From: Candidatus Moraniibacteriota bacterium
GTDB lineage: Bacteria; Patescibacteriota; Minisyncoccia; JAHIHE01; JAGLIN01
Direction of reading: 5' to 3'
Length of the DNA stretch: 27,834 bases
Assembly (NCBI GenBank): GCA_030641185.1
Contig: DAOWHY010000016.1
Coordinates: 1-27,834, forward strand
Shown here: one piece after another, positions 8,453-15,356 of the stretch
Position numbering within the stretch: position 1 is the stretch's first letter
Layout of the letters: each line of letters opens with the position of its first letter
The notes under the pieces: model-generated
What the model saw: only the letters and a program-made list of their open reading frames with translations
Told to the model about the DNA's origin: nothing
Databases searched by the model: none
Translations under genes and position numbers: made by a program

Positions 8453-9574
8453 TTAACATTTATTATTGTCATATTCTTTTTCAACAAACTCCCCAATCTT
8501 CTTTTTAAATATCTCTTTATCAAACCCCAGCGCGTATTCTCTTATTTCCTCTGAATTAAATCTATCAGAATTAAAATTTTTGACAACCTTTATAATTGAC
8601 TGCGGCGTTTGTTCTGTAAAAAACATCCCGGTTCCCCCTTTAGTAAAGGGAGCGGGGGGATTTTCCACCACAGTTTCAAGAGCGCCGCCGCCCTTGAATG
8701 CTATAACCGGACGGCCTGAAGCCATTGCTTCTAACGGAGTAATCCCAAAGTCTTCTTCTGGAGGAAAAATAAATGCTTTGCACTTTGAATAGTACCGGCT
8801 CATTTCTTTGTCTTTTAAATGTCCTAAAAATTCAATATTTTTTCCAGCATATTTTTTTAACTTGTTCATTTCTGGACCTTTGCCAATTATTTTCAACGGC
8901 AATTTTAGTTTATTAAATGCTTGAACAACAATGTCAAAGCGTTTATAGGGAAGCGCGCGGCCAACCATTAAATAATAATCCCCAATATCTTTGGAAATAA
9001 AAAACTTTTTTGTGTTTACGGGAGGATTAATAACGACAGCCTTTTTATCGTAGTATTTTTTTATTCTTGATGCCACAAAATTTGAGTTAGCGATATATTT
9101 ATCTGGCCGGTCCGCAGAAATTTTATCCCACAACCTTATATAATTCATCGCAAACGGAACAAGTTTTTTTGTTAGCTTGGAATATTCAAACTCGCGCAAA
9201 TATTTATGGCAATCATCCCAAGCGTATCTCATCGGCGTGTGGCAATAAGTAATATGCAAAGTATGCGGCATTGTTATCACGCCTTTGGCATAGCTATTTG
9301 AATCAGAAAGAACAACATCGTATTCGGATAAATCAAACTGTTCAATTGCCATTGGCATTAAAAGCGGGAATAACCGATGATGCGATCCAATAAAAGGAAT
9401 TTTCTGTAAAAAAGAGGTGTGAATTTTTTTATCAGAAAAAGCCCCCTTCATTAATTTTCGATCATAAACCATCGTATAGATCGGCGCCTTCGGAAAAATC
9501 TCCGTAAACGCCTCCAAAACTCTTTCCGCCCCACCATACTGGACAAGGTAATCGTGAACAAGTGCGATTTTCAT
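8453..9574 (-). CDS. Glycosyltransferase family 4 (GT4 no. 3)
   Basis: The N-terminus is MKIALVHDYLVQYGGAERVLE and the C-terminus is EDFGITPLEAMASGRPVIAFKGGGALETV. Confidence 0.85.
   Translation of the reverse strand: MKIALVHDYLVQYGGAERVLEAFTEIFPKAPIYTMVYDRKLMKGAFSDKKIHTSFLQKIPFIGSHHRLFPLLMPMAIEQFDLSEYDVVLSDSNSYAKGVITMPHTLHITYCHTPMRYAWDDCHKYLREFEYSKLTKKLVPFAMNYIRLWDKISADRPDKYIANSNFVASRIKKYYDKKAVVINPPVNTKKFFISKDIGDYYLMVGRALPYKRFDIVVQAFNKLKLPLKIIGKGPEMNKLKKYAGKNIEFLGHLKDKEMSRYYSKCKAFIFPPEEDFGITPLEAMASGRPVIAFKGGGALETVVENPPAPFTKGGTGMFFTEQTPQSIIKVVKNFNSDRFNSEEIREYALGFDKEIFKKKIGEFVEKEYDNNKC
8628..8664. repeat. Family E mini-palindrome, copy 3, in frame inside GT4 no. 3
   Basis: ccggttccccctttagtaaagggagcggggggatttt encodes ENPPAPFTKGGTG. 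Its reverse complement aligns with the copies at 1534 and 12281. Confidence 0.6.
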
Positions 9575-9589
9575 TTTGAGTATTTATTA

Positions 9590-9618
9590 TTGACAGGAAA
9601 TAAATTATATGCTACAGT
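9590..9618 (+). promoter_or_regulatory. Sigma-70-like promoter with extended -10
   Basis: The sequence reads TTGACA-N17 (ending TGC)-TACAGT. Confidence 0.5.
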
Positions 9619-9654
9619 TTTCATGCTTACGAATATATATCGGAGGTGAAAATA

Positions 9655-9834
9655 GTGGAGATTAGCGAAAATATATCAAAAATTGTTTACGCAATTTTTA
9701 TGTTGATAATTCTTGCGATAGCAAATTTTTGGCCTGACCCAAAAACACAGAATTTTGCAATTGCAGCAATAGCGATTATAAGCATGACTTTAATCGCTGT
9801 GGTAAAAATCAAGAAAGACAAAAAAGAGTCTTAG
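9655..9834 (+). CDS. Small two-TM membrane protein (about 59 aa)
   Basis: The track ORF starts at 9646. A GTG at 9655 is better placed, 6 nt after GGAGGTG. A promoter lies upstream and a terminator follows directly. Confidence 0.5.
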   Translation: MEISENISKIVYAIFMLIILAIANFWPDPKTQNFAIAAIAIISMTLIAVVKIKKDKKES

Positions 9835-9866
9835 AGGTGTTCCTATCGGAGCTACCTCTTTTTTTA
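9833..9866 (+). terminator. Intrinsic terminator
   Basis: agaggt-(15 nt)-acctct is followed by T7. Confidence 0.65.
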
Positions 9867-9892
9867 TTAACAAGGGTTAATTTGATATTATT

Positions 9893-10333
9893 TCAAAATA
9901 AACTTTCACTCTTCTCTCTTAAATCTAACTCCCTATTCACCATCTCATCCGCTAATTTATTTTTCTCTCTCGGAATATGAATAAATTTCACAGAATCAAA
10001 ATCAAGCGTTAAATTCCAGACTATAATAAAAAGCTTTTGCATTCCTTCATCTTTTATTTTGTATTCATGGTTCAATTGTTTAACAACAAGCTCGCTATCA
10101 AGATGACACTCAAGATTTTTATCCTTTATTTTTTGCGCTTTAAAAATCCCCTTCGCTTTCTGCAACGCTAAAATCAGCGCTTCATATTCGGCTTGATTGT
10201 TTGTTGTTTCGCCGAGATATTTTGAGGTTTTCAAAATAACCTCGTCTTTATCGTTTTTGATGACAACCCCGCCCGCGGCTGGACCTGGATTCCCGCGAGA
10301 ACCACCGTCGGTGTAAATAATTAGTTTGGACAT
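9893..10333 (-). CDS. rnhA: Ribonuclease HI
   Basis: MSKLIIYTDGGSRGNPGPAAGGVVI...NNQAEYEALILAL...IPREKNKLADEMVN matches RNase H. The track start at 10426 is rejected because codons 1-31 translate repeat A2. Confidence 0.85.
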   Translation of the reverse strand: MSKLIIYTDGGSRGNPGPAAGGVVIKNDKDEVILKTSKYLGETTNNQAEYEALILALQKAKGIFKAQKIKDKNLECHLDSELVVKQLNHEYKIKDEGMQKLFIIVWNLTLDFDSVKFIHIPREKNKLADEMVNRELDLREKSESLF

Positions 10334-10357
10334 AAATGTTGTTGATATATAAATTAA

Positions 10358-10494
10358 TGTCATTGCGAGAAGTGAAATTATCCGCAGGATAATTGAATGA
10401 CGAAGCAATCCCGTAACTACGCGCAAAGAATTTAATTCCGGGATTGCTTCGTCATTCCGCTTCGCTACGCTTAACTCCGTTCCTCACAATGAAA
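10358..10494. mobile_element. Family A palindromic element, gene-less copy A2
   Basis: The sequence is tgtcattgcgagaagtg...gacgaagcaatcccgtaactacgcgcaaagaatttaattccgggattgcttcgtc...cctcacaatgaaa. It overlaps the last 14 codons and the stop codon of the solute-binding protein gene. Confidence 0.85.
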
Positions 10495-11891
10495 GATAAA
10501 TTCCCAATCTTTCCAACTGCCTCATCAACTTTCGCCTCCCAATTTTCTCTATCCAAACATATCTCATCAATCATATCAATTAGAATTCTATCAATTTTAT
10601 TGTCAAATTTATTATAGCTAATTGCGGTTTCAGCTTGCGATGCAAAAGCGCTTATTTTATTATTTAGATCAATTTGTTCAGATATTAAATCTTTTCTCGC
10701 CGCGGCTTTGTTAGTTAAATTTAAATATATTTCTGAGTTTTCTTTTTGGGCGGCAAAACTCAAAAAGCTCCAAGCTATTTGAGAGCAATTTATTTCATCA
10801 GATAATGCGGCAGGTTTAGTTAGGCAATTATTATTATTTGAAACAACTGGCGTCCAGACATTAGAAAAATTTATAATCGCTGAATTTTCCAATTGCGGCA
10901 TTTTAGAAACACCATAATTAAGATCTGGATTTAGGGCTAATAAATTTTTTATTTGATAACTATATCCAATAAACATCGCTGTCTTGTTGTTAGCAAATGA
11001 CTTGATCGCTTCTTCCTGTTTACAATCCCAAACATATTTTTCTTTCTCTGAATCCGAAAATTCTGTGTAAAATATTATTGCTCTCTCGCCTGGAATTCTT
11101 TTTTCAATTCCGTTCATCGTATTAATTTCTATCTCTTTGTTTAGATCAATATTTTTATCAAAATCTATTATTCTCGCTCCGCCTTGCATCATAAGCAACG
11201 ACAAAATATCAGAAGAACTATTGATATTTTTTCCGCATCCGAAAGACGCTCCTGCTTGAATAATATTATTGTCCTTATCAAGCATTGTTAACTTGCTGGC
11301 AGTTTTTTTAAACTCTTCCCATGTTCGCGGTGGATTTTCTATTTCCATTTTGGCAAGTAAATCTTTGTTGTAGAAAAGCGCTAAAGAATCGGAATACATT
11401 GGCGATCCATACAGTTCGTTTTCATAAATTAAATCTCTAATCGTTTCAGCGGGAAATATTTCTAATAATTCTTCATATTTAATCAACTTATATTCTTCCG
11501 CGTAATTATCATCTCCCGTAAGCGGTTCAAGCTGGTTAAGATATTTTTCCAACCAATTATTATTAATCATCATAATATTCGGCTCGTTATTTTTTTCTTT
11601 TGCTTTTGCCAAATCTTCCTCGTAAGAGTTAAGATCTTTTTTAGTATAATTTATGGAAACATTTACTTCCTGCCAACCAAAATTATATATCTCGCTTTCA
11701 AATTTTTCTATTATCTCTTCCCAATCATCAGAATTATCCCACAATCCCCAAAATTCCAAAGTTACTTCAATTGGTTTTCTGTCTTCTTTAACTATTTCTT
11801 TTTCATCAATATTAGAATAATCCATCACGAAAACATATCCGATTGATACAAGAATTATTATTAAAAATGTAATTATTATTGTTTTAATCAT
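10452..11891 (-). CDS. Extracellular solute-binding protein (ABC-type, family 1-like) with signal anchor
   Basis: The N-terminal TM segment is followed by TLEFWGLWDNSDDWEEIIEKFE...SLALFYNKDLL...PPRTWEEFKK, which is typical of sugar-type SBPs. The C-terminal LSFIVRNGVKRSEAE is repeat-derived. Confidence 0.7.
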   Translation of the reverse strand: MIKTIIITFLIIILVSIGYVFVMDYSNIDEKEIVKEDRKPIEVTLEFWGLWDNSDDWEEIIEKFESEIYNFGWQEVNVSINYTKKDLNSYEEDLAKAKEKNNEPNIMMINNNWLEKYLNQLEPLTGDDNYAEEYKLIKYEELLEIFPAETIRDLIYENELYGSPMYSDSLALFYNKDLLAKMEIENPPRTWEEFKKTASKLTMLDKDNNIIQAGASFGCGKNINSSSDILSLLMMQGGARIIDFDKNIDLNKEIEINTMNGIEKRIPGERAIIFYTEFSDSEKEKYVWDCKQEEAIKSFANNKTAMFIGYSYQIKNLLALNPDLNYGVSKMPQLENSAIINFSNVWTPVVSNNNNCLTKPAALSDEINCSQIAWSFLSFAAQKENSEIYLNLTNKAAARKDLISEQIDLNNKISAFASQAETAISYNKFDNKIDRILIDMIDEICLDRENWEAKVDEAVGKIGNLSFIVRNGVKRSEAE

Positions 11892-11915
11892 TTTTTTAAT
11901 TCAAATCATTCAGAA

Positions 11916-12077
11916 TTGTCATTCCCGCACTGAAATAAATTCAGCATAAACTCCGGCGGGAATCCGGTAAATTTCAATAAACAATAATTATCGTAATAAT
12001 TTTGCAAGCGAAACTAACTGGATCCCAGACATTTTTTTCTAAAGCTTCGCTTTTAGAAAAAAATTCTGGGATGACAA
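11916..12077. repeat. Family B palindromic element, copy B1
   Basis: The sequence is ttgtcattcccgc...gcgggaatcc...ggatcccagacatttttttctaaagcttcgcttttagaaaaaaattctgggatgacaa. It aligns along its length with 16292-16449. Confidence 0.8.
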
Positions 12078-12119
12078 ATAACATGTTTTGTTAAAATGTT
12101 AATATACTTTCATTCTACC

Positions 12120-12545
12120 CTATTTCTTCAAAATTTTCCAGCTTAATAATAATACTCCGAAACAGATTGCCAGATCAGCAATATTAAAAACAAATAAATT
12201 AAGCAAGTTAATATAATCAATTATATATCCGTAAAAAATTCTGTCGGATAGATTGCCGGCAATTCCGCCGAGAATTAATGAAATCCCCCCTGCCCCCTTT
12301 TTGAAAGGGGGAGTTTTTTGTAATATAAAATAATAGACAAAAATAAAAACAAGAGAAATAAAGAAAATAAAAATTAAATTAAAATCTATCGGCAATCCAA
12401 ATAAAGCGTTGTAATTTTTGTAAATCTCAATCTCAGAAAATATATTTTTGACAACTACGAATTTAACAATCTGATCCAAAAACAAAACAGCCAAAGCAAT
12501 GGCTGTTGTTTTCTTTAAATCCTGTTTTCTATGCTCTAAAAACAT
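12120..12545 (-). CDS. lspA: Lipoprotein signal peptidase (signal peptidase II)
   Basis: LILGGIAGNLSDRIFYGYIIDYI...VFNIADLAICFGVLLL contains both catalytic Asp boxes. The protein is multi-TM. Confidence 0.85.
   Translation of the reverse strand: MFLEHRKQDLKKTTAIALAVLFLDQIVKFVVVKNIFSEIEIYKNYNALFGLPIDFNLIFIFFISLVFIFVYYFILQKTPPFKKGAGGISLILGGIAGNLSDRIFYGYIIDYINLLNLFVFNIADLAICFGVLLLSWKILKK
12281..12319. repeat. Family E mini-palindrome, copy 2, in frame inside lspA
   Basis: aaatcccccctgccccctttttgaaagggggagtttttt encodes KTPPFKKGAGGIS in the loop preceding the GGxxGN helix. Confidence 0.6.
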
Positions 12546-12555
12546 TTAAAAAATA

Positions 12556-12927
12556 TTATCGCTTTTTCGCGCTGCATTCAATGCAAAGAACTGCTTCTGA
12601 CATTGCTTCCAAGCGTTTTGGATTTATTTGCTTTCCACACTTTGAACAAATGCCATAGGTGTTTTCCGAAGTTTTTTTAAGAGCGCCCTCAATATTTTGA
12701 AGTTCTTTTTCCAATTCATGTTCTACGGATAAATTGTCTTCGTAATTTGAAACTTCAATCGCGTTCTCGTCCTGATGACTTCCTATTTGCTGAAACTTTG
12801 TTTCGTAATCGCCTTTAACTTTTTTGCTTTTCTTAGCAAACTTTTGTAATTGAGAAACTATAGCTTTTTTATGCGCAATTAATTTATCTTTAATTTTTTT
12901 TATTTTCTTGTTTTTTTCTTCATTCAT
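12556..12927 (-). CDS. DksA/TraR-family C4 zinc-finger protein
   Basis: The C-terminal CSKCGKQINPKRLEAMSEAVLCIEC is a C4 finger, preceded by a coiled-coil region. Confidence 0.75.
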   Translation of the reverse strand: MNEEKNKKIKKIKDKLIAHKKAIVSQLQKFAKKSKKVKGDYETKFQQIGSHQDENAIEVSNYEDNLSVEHELEKELQNIEGALKKTSENTYGICSKCGKQINPKRLEAMSEAVLCIECSAKKR

Positions 12928-12983
12928 AGCTTTAGACTTATTTGTAAACTCTCACAAAAATACACAGTTCTCACTGTGCCTAT

Positions 12984-13012
12984 ATTCTAACATTATTTAA
13001 TTCTTAAATCAA
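12984..13012 (-). promoter_or_regulatory. Sigma-70-like promoter for the dksA-like/lspA pair
   Basis: The minus strand reads TTGATT-N17 (ending TGT)-TAGAAT, about 55 nt upstream of the ATG. Confidence 0.5.
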
Positions 13013-13108
13013 TATTTCTGTCAATGCCTACTTAATAAAACGGAATTTATCCTTTAGGATTTCAAAATCACACAACAAAAATAATCCTAACTACAAAATT
13101 TAATCAAA

Positions 13109-13607
13109 TTAAAAAGACCAACTAGATCCAAATATATTATTTAATGACCGTCGGTCTTTTTTAATCTTTATCTTAGATTATTCTCCCTTTAACAGGGTGA
13201 ATTAAGGGGAGGTGACCCCTTGAGTTATATTTAAGCGCTAAAATTAATGCTCAAATATAACCCAAGAGATACATAATCATTTTAAAACAAAGATCATTTT
13301 AAGTTTCTTCTAAGTTTAAAAGAAACTTTTAATCTCTCACCATTATCGCGTAATTCTTAGATACTTTTTTTATTTTTATTTTTTGTTTATCTTTTATTTT
13401 TATTTTTTAGATAAATTTTTAAAAAAAACGCTTCAAACAGTTAAGAGAAGATTAAATACAAAATAAACTGAAGCCATTTCGCTTCGAATTTCTCTTTATA
13501 TGCAATCTACTTCCAATGTTCATTTTATTTATATGTTATAAATAAAACTATGAGAGATTTGTTTTTTAAAAAGAACATTCCGTTTTTTATTTTGTATTCT
13601 CACCTCA
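13109..13607 (-). ncRNA. Candidate non-coding transcript of about 0.5 kb, function unknown
   Basis: The region is bounded by the promoter at 13615-13643 and a stem plus T5 at 13109-13158. The longest ATG ORF I could find is 22 codons and has no Shine-Dalgarno sequence. The 3' third holds several hairpins whose mismatches become G-U pairs only on the minus strand. Confidence 0.3.
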
Positions 13608-13614
13608 TGTTCAA

Positions 13615-13643
13615 AGTATAGCATTAAATTAAACTTTAGTCAA
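13615..13643 (-). promoter_or_regulatory. Near-consensus orphan promoter
   Basis: The minus strand reads TTGACT-N17 (ending TGC)-TATACT. No protein gene lies downstream before the next promoter. Confidence 0.55.
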
Positions 13644-13708
13644 GTATTTAAGCAACATCGTCTTAATCCGCTAAAATAAGCTAAAGCTAATCTTTCAAAA
13701 AGTCGATT

Positions 13709-13740
13709 TTAAAAGCAGTCCCATATAATCAGGACTGCTT
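13709..13740 (-). terminator. Intrinsic terminator of rpsA
   Basis: The minus strand reads agcagtcc-tgattatatg-ggactgct followed by TTTT. It lies about 35 nt past the stop. Confidence 0.7.
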
Positions 13741-13772
13741 AATATTTACTTTATCAACAACTTATCCACAGT

Positions 13773-15044
13773 TTATTTACCTTTATCACTATCGCTCTTT
13801 TTCTTGCTCACTTTTTTTACTTTCTCATCTTTACTTTTCTTAACATCTTCCTTTTTATCAGCTTTTTCCGCTTTCTTTACGCTTTTCTTCTTCGTATCTT
13901 TTACATCTTTTTTCTTCTCATTATCTTTCTTTTCGTCTTTATCTATAGTCTTTTTTTTCTGAACATACGGCTTAAGCCCTAACCTGTGGTCAGACGATTC
14001 AATGGAAATAATTTCAAACTCATAAATCTTTCCAATTTCCATATCTTGAATTCCACCACCGTCATCTATTTTTGAAACGTGAGCAAGTCCGTGAATATCT
14101 TTGTCTAGCTGAACAAACGCGCCAAATGGGTTAATTTTTGTTACTTCGCCTTTTACCTTTTGCTTGATTTTATATTTCTCATCTATCTTTTTCCATGGAT
14201 CTTTTTCTAACGCCTTAATGCTTAGCGATATTCTGTCATCATCTATTCCAATTATTTTACAGCTTACTTTTTGCCCAACATTAAAGAATTTTCTTGGATC
14301 GTCTATCAATTTCCACGCTAATTCGGAAATATGAACTAATCCCTCAAGATTTTCTCCAAATTTCACAAAAACTCCGAAATTAACTATTCCGCTGATTTCG
14401 CCATCAATTTCATCTCCAATCCGAAGTGAAGAAATTCTTTCTTTTTCCTTTTCTTTTTTAGTGGCTTTTTCACTAACAATTAGTTTTCCTTCGTCCTTAT
14501 CAATTCCAATAATTCTAACTTTCATATCTTTGCCTACTGTCTGCATTAAGAGAGATAATATTTTATTTTTATCTCCATCGCTCACTCTTGGATAATAGTC
14601 GCTGGAAAGCTGAGACGCGGGTAAAAATCCTATTACGCCAACTATTTTTATCATCAGTCCGCCTTTATTTGCTTCAAGAATTTTTGTTGTAATAATTTCG
14701 CCTTCTTCCATCTTTTTTTCCAACTCTTTCCAAACCATCTCAAAACTTGTTTCTTTTAGCGACATTTCTACATAACCATCTTCATTCTCTATATCAACAA
14801 CAGTCGCGGAAATAGCGTCTCCTGACTTCAGGTCATTGAACATACTTAATCCTTCAAATTTTCCGCAACCATAAATAGCCCCGGTTCCGGCAGGACCAAG
14901 ATCAACATAGATAATATTACTTCCTATCTCCATTACATTTCCCTTAGCAACCTCGCCGACTTTTGGCAATTTCGGCGCATTTTTATCGTTCAGCAAATTT
15001 TCCATTTCTGATTTTGCGCTAAGTTTTTTCTTTAAACCTAACAT
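13773..15044 (-). CDS. rpsA: 30S ribosomal protein S1 (four S1 domains) with a Lys/Glu/Asp-rich C-terminal tail
   Basis: Four repeats of the S1 OB-fold pattern are present (for example GDEIDGEISGIVNFGVFVKFGENLEGLVHISEL). An AAAGGAG Shine-Dalgarno sequence lies upstream. Confidence 0.9.
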   Translation of the reverse strand: MLGLKKKLSAKSEMENLLNDKNAPKLPKVGEVAKGNVMEIGSNIIYVDLGPAGTGAIYGCGKFEGLSMFNDLKSGDAISATVVDIENEDGYVEMSLKETSFEMVWKELEKKMEEGEIITTKILEANKGGLMIKIVGVIGFLPASQLSSDYYPRVSDGDKNKILSLLMQTVGKDMKVRIIGIDKDEGKLIVSEKATKKEKEKERISSLRIGDEIDGEISGIVNFGVFVKFGENLEGLVHISELAWKLIDDPRKFFNVGQKVSCKIIGIDDDRISLSIKALEKDPWKKIDEKYKIKQKVKGEVTKINPFGAFVQLDKDIHGLAHVSKIDDGGGIQDMEIGKIYEFEIISIESSDHRLGLKPYVQKKKTIDKDEKKDNEKKKDVKDTKKKSVKKAEKADKKEDVKKSKDEKVKKVSKKKSDSDKGK

Positions 15045-15145
15045 ATTTGATTGTTCTCCTTTCTTACTAAGATTTTCGGTCTTGCAAATAAAAACAGCTA
15101 TTTTCCTAAAAACAACTGAATTTTCCCAAAACCGATAGTAATGGA

Positions 15146-15174
15146 AGTATAGTTTATATTTTTTATATTGTCAA
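15146..15174 (-). promoter_or_regulatory. Sigma-70-like promoter of rpsA
   Basis: The minus strand reads TTGACA-N17-TATACT. Confidence 0.6.
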
Positions 15175-15281
15175 TGTTCATGTTCGCGGGAGTGTAGAAC
15201 GAGCCGCAGCGTAGTTTTACTATCCTCATCATTGGCTCCATTGTCCCCGCAGGGCTGTGAAGCCTTTTGTAATTTCAAAAA

Positions 15282-15326
15282 CTTTTTCAATCCCACCTTT
15301 TTGTAAAAGATGAAGTTGAAAAAAAG
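15282..15326. repeat. 45-nt direct repeat R1, copy a
   Basis: ctttttcaatcccacctttttgtaaaagatgaagttgaaaaaaag is nearly identical to 15811-15853, differing by one substitution and one indel. Confidence 0.8.
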
Positions 15327-15356
15327 AAAAAGGGGTTGAAAAAAAATTGGCTACTG

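Noticed and set aside
8466-8792. Plus-strand 108-aa track ORF
   Set aside because: It is antisense to GT4 no. 3. Its PPLVKGAGGF stretch is just the reverse reading of the family E palindrome.
10334-10426. N-terminal extensions of track ORFs: rnhA to 10426, obg to 20489, gatC to 25395, iscU to 22993, GT4 no. 1 to 5351, and the Wzz-like gene to 8523
   Set aside because: The extensions translate repeat elements or spacer sequence (for example ...SLLAMT from cgcaatgaca). Conserved family N-termini begin at internal Met codons.
13751-13770. Possible oriC: adjacent DnaA-box-like 9-mers TTATCAACA and TTATCCACA next to a long AT-rich spacer with phased T-tracts
   Set aside because: Perfect TGTGGATAA boxes also occur at 1281-1289 and inside the DUF4012 coding sequence at 2190-2198, so the 9-mer is not rare in this composition. 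The two boxes lie at the very end of rpsA, upstream of its terminator. No dnaA or dnaN is nearby, and there is no further box cluster in the spacer. A genome-wide GC-skew plot would settle it.
15171-15290. TTG-initiated ORFs starting inside the 45-nt R1 repeats (39 codons here, 31 codons from the copy at 15811-15853)
   Set aside because: The GGTGG lies only 2 nt from the TTG, which is too close for a Shine-Dalgarno sequence. The similarity between the two peptides ends where the repeat ends, and the peptides have no convincing features.
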